64,000 nt of DNA from assembly GCA_002104905.1 (NCBI GenBank), contig MCFE01000003.1, positions 62,001 through 126,000 of the forward strand. The letters are read 5' to 3'. The stretch comes from Basidiobolus meristosporus CBS 931.73 (lineage: Eukaryota; Fungi; Basidiobolomycota). The notes beneath the pieces are model-generated. The model did not search any database. It saw only the letters and a program-made list of their open reading frames with translations, and was not told where the DNA came from. Of the stretch, positions 39,133-51,599 are shown piece after piece. Position 1 is the first letter of the stretch. The number at the start of each line of letters is the position of its first letter. A program made the translations under genes and the position numbers.

Positions 39133-42100
39133 CCCAATGAAAAATAATTTGATTCTGTGGGTGGATCCAATCCAGATCAGCTGTTAGGATCCCATTCAGA
39201 GACTGTCATACTACCAGCAGCTTGGAATTAGTGACCCTCTTAATGATCTTATGATGGGATTGCAATGGTGTTTTGCAAATTTTAATGCCAAATAAAGTGA
39301 TAAAACTTGACAGGATTTGATTAGTGCTGTGACAGCAATAGCATGGCATTGTTGCGGTCTTATTGCGCTCTACAACTATTATAAGTGGATTCAACCAGCC
39401 AGGACATCCAATTGCCTTATATGGCAAAAATCTTGATGGTATTTCAACAGCCTCACAGCAAGATTCTGATGGCATTAAACAGCAGTATGGCGGCCTACAG
39501 CTAGTTCTGTGTAATGCTACCATATCAATTTACCAGATGGTATTTCCTTTTTCTACCCGCCCATGTGCAATTCATATATTCCACTGTAGAATCTCTCATC
39601 TTTATTTGCATACCCCCTACTATCTTAGGTATTTCACATAGAGTTCAAATCAAAAAAAGCTATGGCCTCCTGCTTACTAACCTCTACAAACATGTACACC
39701 TGCAACAACTGACATACTTCTATCACCTCAACCTTATGGCTTTTTAGTGCAATGCTTGCAAATTTGTCGTATATCTTGTACTGCTGGTACATATACATCC
39801 TGCAAACATATGCTTGGTTGTTACCACTTCTGCCATGAATACCTCCTGAATATCTGCAAAGAACTTGTTGGTATTTAGCCAGTATATTCCTTCTCCCTGC
39901 TGGATTCTAGTCCTCCATATAGGTGTACTCTGGCTCTTGTCTGTGTGAGGTCCATACCAAAAGGTGTAGAAGTTGGCTTGTGATCAACAGAAACCTGGCA
40001 TTCTTTGGTAAAATTGTCTCAATATAAGAAGTTGCTTGTTTTGTCCAACCCAACTTTTCTTTACTAAACAAATTATCCATGCATTGGGGCTGCTTAGCTT
40101 CTTAATTCCATAGGCTTAGGTGTCTACATGGACACATCTGTCCACAGTATTTTTCAACTATTCCTGGCTGTCCTCCATATGCCAGCATATCACATCCATA
40201 ACAGACTTGATTGTTATATTCTTGATGAGATTGGGATGTGGTAGTATCTGCAACTTGACTTGTCATCCTATCTCCTCACATACTTCCTCCACAGTAAACT
40301 CCTAAAAGGTGATGCAAGGCCCAATACTCCCCACTCATCAAGCAAGATGGAGTAGAGAATGGATACAGCAGTGGTAGAGATCTACATGTTCAGCTTCATG
40401 CTTGTAGTATAGCCACTTAAATCCCATCACAAACACCTTGAATAAAAGCTGCAGATGTGTAAAGTTGGCTATTGCTAATCAGCCTCTGAGTAAGTATTCA
40501 TACAATGTGAGCATATGACTCCCAATGCTTCCAAAGTACTCTTGGTAGAAATGCCTTGGAAGGCCACTTAAATATATATACATATCCAGTTCATTCAGTC
40601 CTTGAGCTTGTATAATTGCATATGAGTATGAAAATTGAGTGGAGCCTGAGAGAAGTATTTTGGGTAGGAGATACTCTGTAATATCCTGCCAACTGTTTCA
40701 CTTTTCTCCAGTATCTCAAAGGGCTTACTTAGGTTGAAAAACCCCATGTACAGCTTGGTCTTTAATATAGGGATACTGTTGAAAACCAAATGTATTGCTC
40801 CTAGTGGAAACTGTTTGCTTCAACAGATACAATCTATGCTAAGTATCTCAAGCTCCCAATAAATTCCATATTCTGGCCAATGACTTATAGCTTGCCAGCT
40901 TTGCTGCAAATTCATGTAAACTTCTGTGTGTTCTCTCTGAGGAAAGATGATGTTCTTAGTGTTGATGTTTGGACATAGATAGTGTGTGTGAGTTATGGAG
41001 TAAATACCCTGGTTCTCACATATCTGACAGCAATACCATCCATTATGCATAGAAAAGCCAGCTATCTTGCTGACAGCTGGGGTATCTCCAATGTAAATAA
41101 TAATGTGAGCTTTGATATGATGGCCATTTAATAATATCCCCTGGAAAGCATACAATACTCATCTTGCACTGGATGCAGGTAGCTATCCATGGTGGAAGAT
41201 GATTTAGGCCCAGACAACAGTGAGACTACCATCAGAATTCTGCCTGATACCATAGGATAGGCAGTATATTGAGGTTGATGAGAATTAGTGGCCAGCAGGA
41301 TATGCTGGTAGAGTACTTGTTTGATGTGAATCCATCAAGTGCCAAGACAAAGGCATTGTAATACATACCTTCAGAGTAGCCCTTGCTACCTAGTTACTTG
41401 TGATGTTTGCTATTGAATATATTGGAAATATTTATGCTTGATTGATACTGAGTGCAGTACTTTATAGCTTCACAATACTTGTTGAGCTTCATGAGCTTCT
41501 TTAAATGAGGTATTACTTGAATATTTCTGGAGTGTGAATATCTATCCACCTATTGTGGCAGATTCCTGACAAGTTGGACACCTTGCAATGGTAGCATTTT
41601 CTCATGTGAATGCATGCAAATGTTGGCACACGCTGGTATCAGGATGGTCTCAGGATCATAAGTTGCCAGCTGCATGATGCGTGTCCATTTGTGCCATGTA
41701 TATGGTAAGTTGCAATCCAGAATGGTTTTGGCAAGAAGTAGTAATAAGTCCTCAAGGCCCCATTATGGACATTGGTGGAAACATGCCACTTCTCTAGCCA
41801 CTACATCACATCACTCACCAGTAGATGGATTACTGGGCTCCCTTGGCATCATAAAGTATCCTTAGTATTTTTTACAGGTGATGTCTCATTGGCTATTGAG
41901 ATTTTATTGGGCTCATGCAGGGTACTGTTGTCAGGGGAGATGGGCTCACAGTCAATTAGTAAGCCTTCTTCTTCCAAGCTAGCACTCTGTGTGCCATATT
42001 CAGAAGGCTGAGGTGAACCCAAAGGTGTCACCAACTCACTAACTCAGTATGTGCAATGTGACAGGTACAGCCAGGTGCCATTATAGAGGTAACAGGTGGC

Positions 42101-43965
42101 CAGCATGATATTGTTGGTAGAGTAGTGGCTGATTACTAGTGATATAAGACTTGTATGGCAAAACACTGACTGTGATCCTTGTAAAACCTCTCACACATAT
42201 ATGTAAAGCTATGTCCCCTCAGGTTTGAGTTGCTTTTGTATACATGCAGCCAAACAATAAAGCAAAGTTGTCTGGTTCCCAACAAAACTCCACCATTGAC
42301 AGAAGCAAAAGAGCAGTTGGACAACAGCTTGCTTTGACATTCAGTACAACGAGCCATGCTACATCTAAAAAAGGTCATATTGACAGTGGACCCATTGAAG
42401 GTCATAATATGGACTCCTCAGGCTCTTAGACAAGTAGGCAAATGAAATATCTGCAGAGCCAGAAGCTGACCATAATGTGCAGGCAGATGAGAATGAAGCA
42501 ATCATAGTGCCTTTGGTTGAAGTTCAGCAAGTTGCTGTCATGACATCACCATCACTGGTATAAGCAAGTATATTGGCAGCTCATACCAAAGCATTAATGA
42601 GGCAATTAGGTACAGTGGCTGGTAGAATAAATGCAATGAACCAGAGAAATCAGAAAATTATCCAGAGAGAGGATCAGTGATTAACCTGCGTAGAGCAATC
42701 AGTATTCCTGGTAGAGAATGCAATATCTTTGTTGCAAAGAAGGAACTAAAGTAGCTCAGCATAACAGCCAAGAATTAAGCCATTTCCCTATGCAACAGAA
42801 GAGGAACACCACACAGTCTTTAAAACACAACAACAGTGTCCAAAGATAAAGCCCACAGAAAACCTATCACAGCACAGGAGTGAGAAAGTGTTGTGTTTAT
42901 ACCCAAGCCTAAGACTTTACAGTGATAAAGTTAAAGGTAAAGAGAGAGAAACCTACCCCAGCCAGAGACAGAGAAGCATGAGAAAAGTGCTGCAGTTCTC
43001 AGCAATTGATGCTCACAGCTTAAAACAGGCTAATCCTACAATAGTCAAGAAGAATTAGCAACAAGTCAGAAGCTGTATTCTCAAGAGTTAGGTAGTGCAG
43101 CCAGTTAAGCTACACTCCAGTGAAGTAGATGGGTTTGCAGAGAAAAGCAATTTGTCTACCACTGCCTCCATATCCTCCATTGTAAACAGAGTGGAAATCA
43201 CACTGACAGACAAAGTAATAACATCAAGAACTCAAAAGACTATCACAGTACCTATAGTAGAATTTGGATCATCAATAGGCACACAAAGTGTTTACACCAC
43301 TTCTTCAGGAGTAGTACTCAAGAAAATGCACTTGAACATCTCAAGGAGTTATTGCAAGGACTGGCAGATAAGGTGTTAGACCTTGCAGTGCAAGTTGAAG
43401 ACCGGAACATATGGGACCAGTGAATGGACAGTGGCATAAAGCTGCAGGGTTCCTGCCAAAGTTATGGAGCAAGGGCGTTACAGCAGAAATACTTATTGAA
43501 TGGTGGAGTTAGTGGAGTAGCTTATTGAGTGTGTGGTTGGGCTTAATGTTGATGATGGGTATAGGGACTTGTATAGGTCAGTAAATTGGCAAATGAGTTA
43601 CAACTGAAGATTGAAAGGAAGTAAACCAATTTGCATGCATGAAAAGTAAGAGCATCATTTGAGTTAGAAAGCAAGGAGTGTGAAAAAGAGGCAATATCCT
43701 ATAAATGTACACAAATGTAGGAGGCAATGTAGGAGGTGATAGAGTGTCCAGGATCAGAAGGTAAGAGAATTGGCAGAGAACCAATCAAAAGCCACTTTGG
43801 TATTGTTGTGATGAGAAATTTTGACCAAGTTTTATGTGAAATCTGGGGTGTGATCATCTCTAAGCAGTCTTCCATGTTGACCTAAAGGCATCAATACCTC
43901 TTGTTCACAGGATATAAATTCTGTGACAGCCTCTTGTGAGGATAGTCACTACTTTTTGTCTAGGT
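39133..43965 (-). mobile_element. CACTA/EnSpm-like element copy A (degenerate Tnp2-type transposase on minus at about 39.2-42.0 kb; ORF2 on plus at 42.2-43.5 kb)
   Basis: Left TIR cccaatgaaaaataa; degenerate right TIR near 43950-43965; transposase remnants LALDGF..., GDTPAVSKIAGFSMHNGWYCCQIC and HSLLHLA. Colinear with 51556-56635. Confidence 0.8.
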
Positions 43966-44668
43966 TGTGTAAAGAGGTGAGATGCTCTACAGTTAGAATA
44001 CCATACCAAAAATTCTTATATGTGGTTGTATTCAGTGAAGATATGAATAATCTACCTTCATATGTTGCAGCAACTCCATATTCAGGCCTTGTCTGCTGAG
44101 TATCTCTCTGTTTGAATCTCTGGTATAATGTGTGACCTTGCAGGGAGAAGGAATATATTTCCTTAGTACCAAAAAGTAATTTGTAGCTATTCAGGCGTTC
44201 TTCAGGGCAATAATGGTGGCAACAAAGCATATGTTTGCAAGATGTATATGTTACCAGCAATGCAGTGTATATGGCTACTTTACAAATATCACAATGAAAA
44301 GCCATAAAGTTGCAGTGATAAAGGTGTGCATATATGTAGAGGTTAGTAAGCCAGAGGCCATTGTTTTTTTGGCTCAACCTATTTGCAGAATATCAATGGT
44401 TGTCCCTGGTAAGGAAATTAATAGGGGTGATTCTACAGTCAAATATAGGAATGGCACAAGCAGAGATAGATAAAGGAAACACCATTGAGTAAGTTGGTTT
44501 GAAAGCATTATACAGGACTAGCAATAGGCTGCAGTACTGTTGAAATGAAGCTAACAGTGGTCTACATCAAGATCATCAAAACACTGCCAAGTATTTTGCC
44601 ATATGGGGCAGCTGCATGTATTGGCTGGTTAGGTTTGCGCAGTTAAAGGTAGACCGCAATAAGACCAT

Positions 44669-45587
44669 TGTGGAGGTGTATATGCCCAAGAGCAATATAC
44701 ATTCTGTTGTAAGAGTCTTGGAGATATTGGAAGTGATTGGGAGAACAAGTGGATTATTTGGTATTCACTTAATGATTTATTGAATGTAAAAGTAGTATTT
44801 GTACTTTTACATGGTCTTGGCTTAGCAAACATATAGAATAGGTTAAGGAAGGTCCCAGGAATATGTGTGCAAAGTTTGCGGCTGTTTGGACAACTTTGAG
44901 AATTTTCATGTTCTGGGTACCTGGTATTTTGGTGAAAATATTCTAAGCAAATCCCAACAAGGAATTTGGTCAGTATTCTCTAGGATTTGAGGGTAATGAT
45001 CTAAGTGACTAAGTTAGGTGAATATTTAGGTGGAATTACAAATTTTTACAACACATCTAACACTATTGATATAAGGATTGATGTCTTTTTGTTGTGAGAT
45101 TGCCTCCCTTTATACTTTTCTCACTTGCTAAGCAATTACCAATCATTGTGTTCCAGAAGGCTCTGGAGATCAGAAAAAATATTAGTCATATCAGAAAGAG
45201 CTAAGCATGTTCTAAGCATGTGCCAGAATATTCTAAGAGCCACAGCACATCAACCATTGAGGGAATGATATTCTGAAACCTGTGTAACTTAAAAATACCT
45301 TATATGGGATGAAAATGGTGAGGATAGGGACATGGCTTGCACATGTGTCCCATGTACTGGCACAGGTACTTGCCTACCATAGAAGCACTTACATATAGTA
45401 CCCCTATATGAAGCAAGGAATAACTTATGCAATAAGATACACAGGTGTTATAGTCAGCCAGCTTATGGATAGTATTGATCAGCCAAGCCAAATGGGTTAG
45501 AACTAGAATATGAGTAGTATACATAGCAATGTAGAAAATAAGGGAATGAGCACATCTGTCAGTGTGTGTCACTATGACCACACTACA
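44669..45587. mobile_element. Long solo LTR (same family as 59412-60482), internally deleted, with a nested family A solo LTR
   Basis: Starts tgtggaggtgtata and ends ccacactaca; 45065-45587 aligns with 59955-60482. Flanks are CCAT and CTGT. Confidence 0.8.
44705..45053 (-). mobile_element. Solo LTR, copia family A, degenerate TSD (cattc/catct)
   Basis: Full 349-bp LTR with TG...CA ends; the host site corresponds to cgtcc in the 59.4-kb LTR. Confidence 0.9.
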
Positions 45588-45869
45588 CTGTCAAGATGCC
45601 ATGCAAATTGTGCTACAAGACCATTGAAACATTGTCAAACTTATTACTTTATTCAGCAGTAAACCAGCTAAACACCATCTCAGCCCCACCACAAGATTGT
45701 GTAAGGGGTCAATAGTTTCAAGCTGCAATCATTATGAAGGTCTCTTTGTGGGATCCTGATGGCTGATTTGGATTGGATCTTCCCATAGGTACCAGATTAT
45801 TTCTTATAGGGGGTTAATGGAGTTATTGGTGGGAACTGCAACTTTGTCTGATGCTTCTCCATCTCTGGC

Positions 45870-46405
45870 TTGGGTATACTTCTTTCCTTTCCCTTTACTT
45901 TGTCAGTTGTGAATAGACACAAGGCAGGAAAGTAGAGGTAAGCAAGGCAGGCCCAGGAAAGGACTTGAGTGTGGATCAACAAGGCAAGGTGGATTCCAAG
46001 AAAAGGATGTCTATACAGGACCAGTGTCTATCAGACTGCAGAACAAGCAAGTGGGAATAGGACTAAATATGTAAGGTTTTTTGCAACATAGATATCAAGA
46101 GTTATTGGCTAATGATGATGGGATTCTGGCATGTGATGCATTAAATGTGCCAAGATAGAAACATACTAGAGAATGGACTAAAGTATTTCATAGGGATATG
46201 AAGTATGTCAGTTGCTAATATACACTTGTCATGCAACATGGGATTATCACACACAGAATGAGGCTACATAATTCCTAATAGGAAGCTTCCATTACATGTT
46301 GCATTGTGTGACACTGACTTGGAGAATTCATGAAGTTGCAAGAATTTGGAAGTGCATTTTAGAAGGAACTGGGACTTCCTTGCCAACTGAACTTGGTGTT
46401 ATCAT
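45870..46405 (-). mobile_element. Probable remnant 3' LTR of the chromovirus, continuing from 51094-51125 across the copia insertion
   Basis: Lies immediately 3' of the chromodomain and purine tract once 46406-51093 is removed. No second copy is available to confirm the boundaries. Confidence 0.35.
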
Positions 46406-46765
46406 TGTTGTAAGAGTCTTGGAGATATTGGAAGTGATTGGGAGAACAAGTAGATTATGTGGTTTTCACTTAATAATTTATTGAATGTAAAAGTAGTATT
46501 TATACTTTTACCTGATCTTGGCATTACAAACACCTAGAATAGGTTAAGGAAGATCCCAAGAACATGTGTGCAAAGTTTGGGGCTGTTTGGACAACTTTGA
46601 GAATTTTCATGTTCTGGGTACCTGGCATTTTGGTGAAAATATTCTAAGTAAATCCCAACAAGGAATTTGGTCAGTATTCTCTAGGATTTGAAGGTGATGA
46701 TCTAAGTGACTAAGTTAGGTGAATATTTAGGTGGAAATACAAATTTTTACAACACTCCCACTCAG

Positions 46766-49700
46766 CTAAATGCTCATACTGACTAGTCCTAATTTTGACT
46801 TAAGATATTCAAACTTGTCTCTAGCTAATGGTTTGGTATATATGTCTGCAAGCATTCCATCTGTAGGACAGTAAACTAAGCTAACTAAGTTATTCTCTAT
46901 AGCTTCACGTATGAAATGATGTCTAATATCTATGTGCTTGGTTCTAGCATGAAAAGTTGGATTTCTACCTAATTGTATACATCCTTGATTATCTTGAAAT
47001 AAAGTAATAGGCGTTTTTTGACATAGGCCTAAATCTGTAAACAGCTTTCTCAACCACATTGCTTCTTTTGTAGCTTCACAGGCTGCCATATACTCTGCCT
47101 CTGTGGTGGAAAGTGCTACGGTTGGTTGCTTTCTTGAATTCCATGAAATTGCTCCTTTACAGTAAAGAAAGGTGTATCCTGTGGTGGATCTTCTGTCTTC
47201 TAAATTTTGTCCCCAATCTGCATCAGAGTATCCTACAAGATCTTGTTCTGAGTCCTTATAAGTGTATCTTAAGCAAATATCAGCAGTTCCTTTTAGGTAT
47301 CTAAAAATCCGCTTAACTGCTGCAATATGATCAGATCCATAGTTCTGATTATGTTGGCTGACAACTCTCACTGAATATGAGATATCTGGACGTGTTCTAA
47401 GCATGATATACATCAGACTGCCGACCATAGATTGATAAGGAAAGTCAGGGCTTTCAGATGGCACCAAGCTCTCTTGATTTAGTTGAGTTTTGACCAAGTT
47501 AATGTTTGTCTCCATTGGGGTAGCTGCCGGTTTACAGTCTTCCATTTTATACTTCTTTAGTATATCTTGAATATACTTGGATTGACTTAGGGTGATAGTC
47601 TGGGTACTTCTGTCTATGGAGAACTTAATCCCTAAGTAGTAACTAAGTTCTCCTAGATCAGACATCTTGAACTCCTTAGATAGGCTAGATTTAGTCTCTT
47701 CCAATGTTTCTAGGTTATTGGTGGCTATAATAAGATCATCCACATATAGAGCTAATAGAGCTGGATTTGCTCTATCTGGCTTATAGTATATACTATAGTC
47801 AGCATAACTTCTTTTGAAACTCAAAGATTCCAAATAAGTATATATCTGCAATTCCAGGCTCTCGGTGATTGTTTGAGACCATATAGTGACTTTTTAAGCT
47901 TGCAGACCAAATGGGGGTTATCTTGGTCAATACACCCATCAGGCTGGTCCATATACACATCCTCATCAAGTTCTCCATTCAAAAATGCAGTTTTTACATC
48001 CATTTGATGAATAAAAAACTTATATTTGGCTGCAATAGCCAATATTAATCTGATGGAATTAAACTTGGCTACCAGTGCAAAGGTCTCTGTATAGTCAGTC
48101 CTTTTGTTTGAGAGTATCCTTTGGCTACAAGTCTTGCTTTGTATCTCTCAATTGTACCATCAGCCTTGTATTTTGTCTTGAAGTCCCATCTGCATCCAAT
48201 TGATTTTTGGTTGATTGGTAATTTGACTAAGTCCCAAGTTTGATTTTCCATCAGTGCCTAATATTCCTCAGTCATTGCAGATCTCCAAAACTTTGTCTGA
48301 GGGCTATTTAGGGCTTCTTTTACAGTCTGGGGCTCATCAATATGGACTGAATAGGCATAGGCTAAGTTTGTACCCTCATTGATATAGTAATTTGGGCTAT
48401 TTCTTGTCCGATTTGATCTCCAGGCATTTGATACTGGAATGATCACTTCTGGGATATTCCTGGGCACTGATTCTGGCTGAGCCACGGTTGTAGAGTCCTC
48501 TGGAGTGAAAAAATTTTCATTGTCTTGCTCTAATTCAATCCTGACAATTGGTGGACTTGAGATCATATTTTTGTCATCATCTGATGTCATTTTTTGTGAA
48601 AATTTTGAATTTTCATCAAACCACACATTCCTGGACTTGATCAGCTTCTTTGCTTTGGTATTGTAGCGTCTGTATGCCTTACTCTCATTGCAGTAGCCCA
48701 AAAATATGCATTTTACACTTTTTGGCTCAAATTTTGACTGATTTCTGACCAGTTTTTTGGCATATGCTGTACATCCAAATATTGTTAGATGTTCTGCACT
48801 TGGTCTGTATCCATACCGTGCTTCAAATGGAGTAGAATCACAAGGTATTCTGTTATAACTCCTATTTTTAAGATATACAGCAGTGGCAACTGATTCCACC
48901 CAAAAATCATAGGATAATTTTTGATCATGGATCATAGATCTTGCCATATCAGTTACTGATCTGTTAGCTTGCTCTGCTACTCCATTTTGCGGTGGGGAAT
49001 ATGGTACAGTAGTCTCTTGCTTTATCCCATGAATTTTGCAGGAGTGGATGAAGAGTTTTGAGGTATATTCTCCACCATTGTCACAGCCTATTTTCTTGAT
49101 TTTTTCACCAGTTTCTCTCTCCACCATGGCTTTAAACTCCCTGAACTTAGACAGAGCTTCTTCCTTTCTCTCCATGAAGTAGACCCATGTGTATCTTGTA
49201 TAATCATCAATAAAAGTGATTAAATACTTCCTCCCGCCTAAGGATAAATTTTGCGTAGGTCCACACAGATCTGAGTGAATTAGATCTAATTTTTTCTTAG
49301 TTTTGATTAATCCAGAGCTCTTGAACGGTTGTCTGGCTTGTTTCCCATATATGCAGGCTTCACAGTGCTCCAAGTTAGCTGGGGGATCAATTTTTACTCC
49401 AGAAATTAGCGGATCTTTGATCATTTTGTGCAAATAATCAAAATTGATGTGTCCAAATCTCCTGTGCCAAATCATTGGTGTTTCTTCATTTAAGTTACTT
49501 ATATTGGCTTCCAAATATGATGGAATATAAGTCAACTTGTATAGATTCTGATCTCTGATGCCCAAAGCAATATGGGCACCATTTTGGTCAGTGATCCTGA
49601 ATCCAGAATTGTCAAAACTGAAACTGAGTCCTTCAGCTGTGGCCTTGCTTACAGAGAGAAGGTTCTTGGCTATTTCTGGTACATAGAGTACTTCTTTAAA

Positions 49701-50735
49701 GGTCAGTGTATGGCTTCCTTCACTGCTTCTAAGGTTTACTTGGATAGTTCCTTCTCCCACTGCATCAAGTGTTCTATTATCACCCATGAAAACCTTCTTA
49801 ATTGGGATTTCTTGATATTGGGTAAAAAGTTCTTTTTGGTGTGTAAAGTGTTGAGAAGCTCCAGAGTCAATATACCATGTCTGAGAATCCTTGTTTGTGG
49901 TCATATTTAGTGCAGATATGTATAGTCTATCTTCAGGCGTTGCAGCATTTCCATATTCAGGCTTCTTTTGCTGATAATCTCTCTTTTTGAGACACCAGTC
50001 TGATGTGTGTCCTTTCCTTTTGCAGTAGTTGCAAAATAGGTTGCTGTTGCCTTTGTAGGGTCTTGGGTACCTCCTTTGTTGGTTATCATTGCTTATTAAA
50101 GCATTTTCTTCTTCCTTCTTATTGGCGCTTGATTTTCTTAATTCTTCATCCAGGAGCCTTCCATATATGTAATTTAAGGTCAAATCTTCAGATCTGGACT
50201 CTAGGGCTGATACAAGGCCCTGAAACTTGTCTGTCAGGCTATACAGGATGGTAACTATCACATCCTCATCAGTAGTTGGTGCGCCCACAGATTCCATCTC
50301 ATCTACCAGCAGGGTAATTCTGTTAATTAGATTTTTCATTTCTTCTCCTGGCAGCATCTTTGTAGTAAAGAATCTTTGTCTCAGATACATCTTCTTGGCA
50401 GCTGAACATGACTGGTAGGTGTCTTCTAGTGCTTTCCAGGCATTCTTTGCTGTTTTTGCTCTTGAACATTGAATTAGCAATTTGTCCTTAACATTAAGGC
50501 AAATGCAGCTAAAGGCACTTTGTTCTTTCTTCTGGTACTTTAGGGCTTCCTCTCCCATGTTTTAAGGAGGGCATTCTTCTCCCATGACAATATCCCAAAG
50601 GCCTCTTTCTTGTAGCAGCATCTTCATCTTCACCTTCCATACTTGGTAGTTAGATCCATCCAACTTTTCAGCAGAGGGAAAAATTCCAGTAATAGCAGTA
50701 GTAGACATTGCAGAGAGTGACAGCTTGGGGCTCAT
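46766..50735 (-). pseudogene. Disrupted copia gag-pol polyprotein
   Basis: KLDGSNYQVWK, CNYCKRKGHTSDWC, WYIDSGASQH, HRRFGH...CEAC, IHSDLCGP, CDNGGEY, PQNGVAE, KARLVAKGY, MDVKTAFLNG, YVDD, YSDADW. In-frame stops at 50562 and 48258; frameshifts at about 48100 and 47850. Confidence 0.95.
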
Positions 50736-50739
50736 AACC
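50728..50739 (-). promoter_or_regulatory. Primer-binding site GGTTATGAGCCC (half-tRNAiMet type)
   Basis: Directly abuts the 5' LTR and has the form known for Drosophila copia and yeast Ty5. Confidence 0.85.
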
Positions 50740-51093
50740 TGTTGTAAGAGTCTTGGAGATATTGGAAGTGATTTGGAGAACAAGTAGATTATGTGGTTTT
50801 CACTTAATGATTTATTGAATGTAAAAGTAGTATTTATACTTTTACCTGGTCTTGGCATTAAAAACACTTAGAATAGGTTAAGGAAGGTCCCAAGAACATG
50901 TGTGCAAAGTTTGGGGCTGTTTGGACAACTTTGAGAATTTTCATGTTCTGGGTACCTGGTATTTTGGTGAAAATATTCTAAGTAAATCCCAACAAGGAAT
51001 TTGGTCAGTACTCTCTAGGATCTGAAGGTGATGATCTAAGTGACTAAGTTAGGTGAATATTTAGGTGGAAATACGCATTTTTACAACAATCAT

Positions 51094-51555
51094 AGGATGT
51101 CACAGATGTCATGTGATTGGGCTACTAATCTCCTCTTTGGAGGGGCTCTCCATGTGCTTTGGGCTTAGACACCTCAGTGTATAAATGGGTGAATTGTATA
51201 ACCAACACTCAGCAGCAAGAGGAGTTTGTTGCAGGCTCCCAAATTTGATCATCTGGGCCATAACCAATTTTGTCTACTAGCTAATAATGTTGGGGCTTGC
51301 AGGTACCTTGAGTCCAGTACTTGTTGGACTTCAAATCCTTCATGTTTGGCAACTTGGATGGCTGGGAAACTCATTTGTAGCCAGATTGGCTGGGTACTTT
51401 CATGTAATAGCTCTGGGAGTGATGCATGAAATATATTATGGCTTCTCATGCTTGGTGGCAATGGTGATTGGAACAAAATTGAGCCAAGTTTCTTCTTGAT
51501 TTTGATGACCTTTTCTTTTGAAGTCCATATTGTTAAAAGTGTGGCTGGTAGCAAT
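51094..51555 (-). mobile_element. Ty3/gypsy chromovirus remnant (integrase C-terminus + chromodomain), continuing at 56639-56767
   Basis: IKKKLGSILFQSPLPPSMRSHNIFHASL, FEVQQVLDSR and frameshifted LVDKIGYGPDDQIWEPATN. TTGFTPLY lies on the far side of the CACTA insertion. Confidence 0.75.
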
Positions 51556-51599
51556 CCCTATGAAAAATAACTTGGTCCTGCAGGTGGATCCAATCTGGA

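Larger units (their letters stand above)
43966..45812 (+). mobile_element. CACTA-like fragment C (3' transposase part and TIR ttattttcttataggg), interrupted by a long solo LTR
   Basis: Reverse-complement match to 51556-52480; homology resumes after 45591. Confidence 0.72.
46406..51088 (-). mobile_element. Full-length Ty1/copia LTR retrotransposon, family A (4683 bp), TSD ATCAT
   Basis: 349-bp LTRs at 46406-46754 and 50740-51088 (about 11 differences by eye). ATCAT on both flanks; PBS at 50728-50739; PPT at 46755-46764; domain order gag-PR-IN-RT-RH. Confidence 0.97.

Noticed and set aside
46406-51088. Classical CpA-type RIP as the cause of LTR differences
   Set aside because: LTR-LTR transitions occur in mixed contexts and both directions, and CpA/TpG remain abundant. 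The signal is CpG loss.
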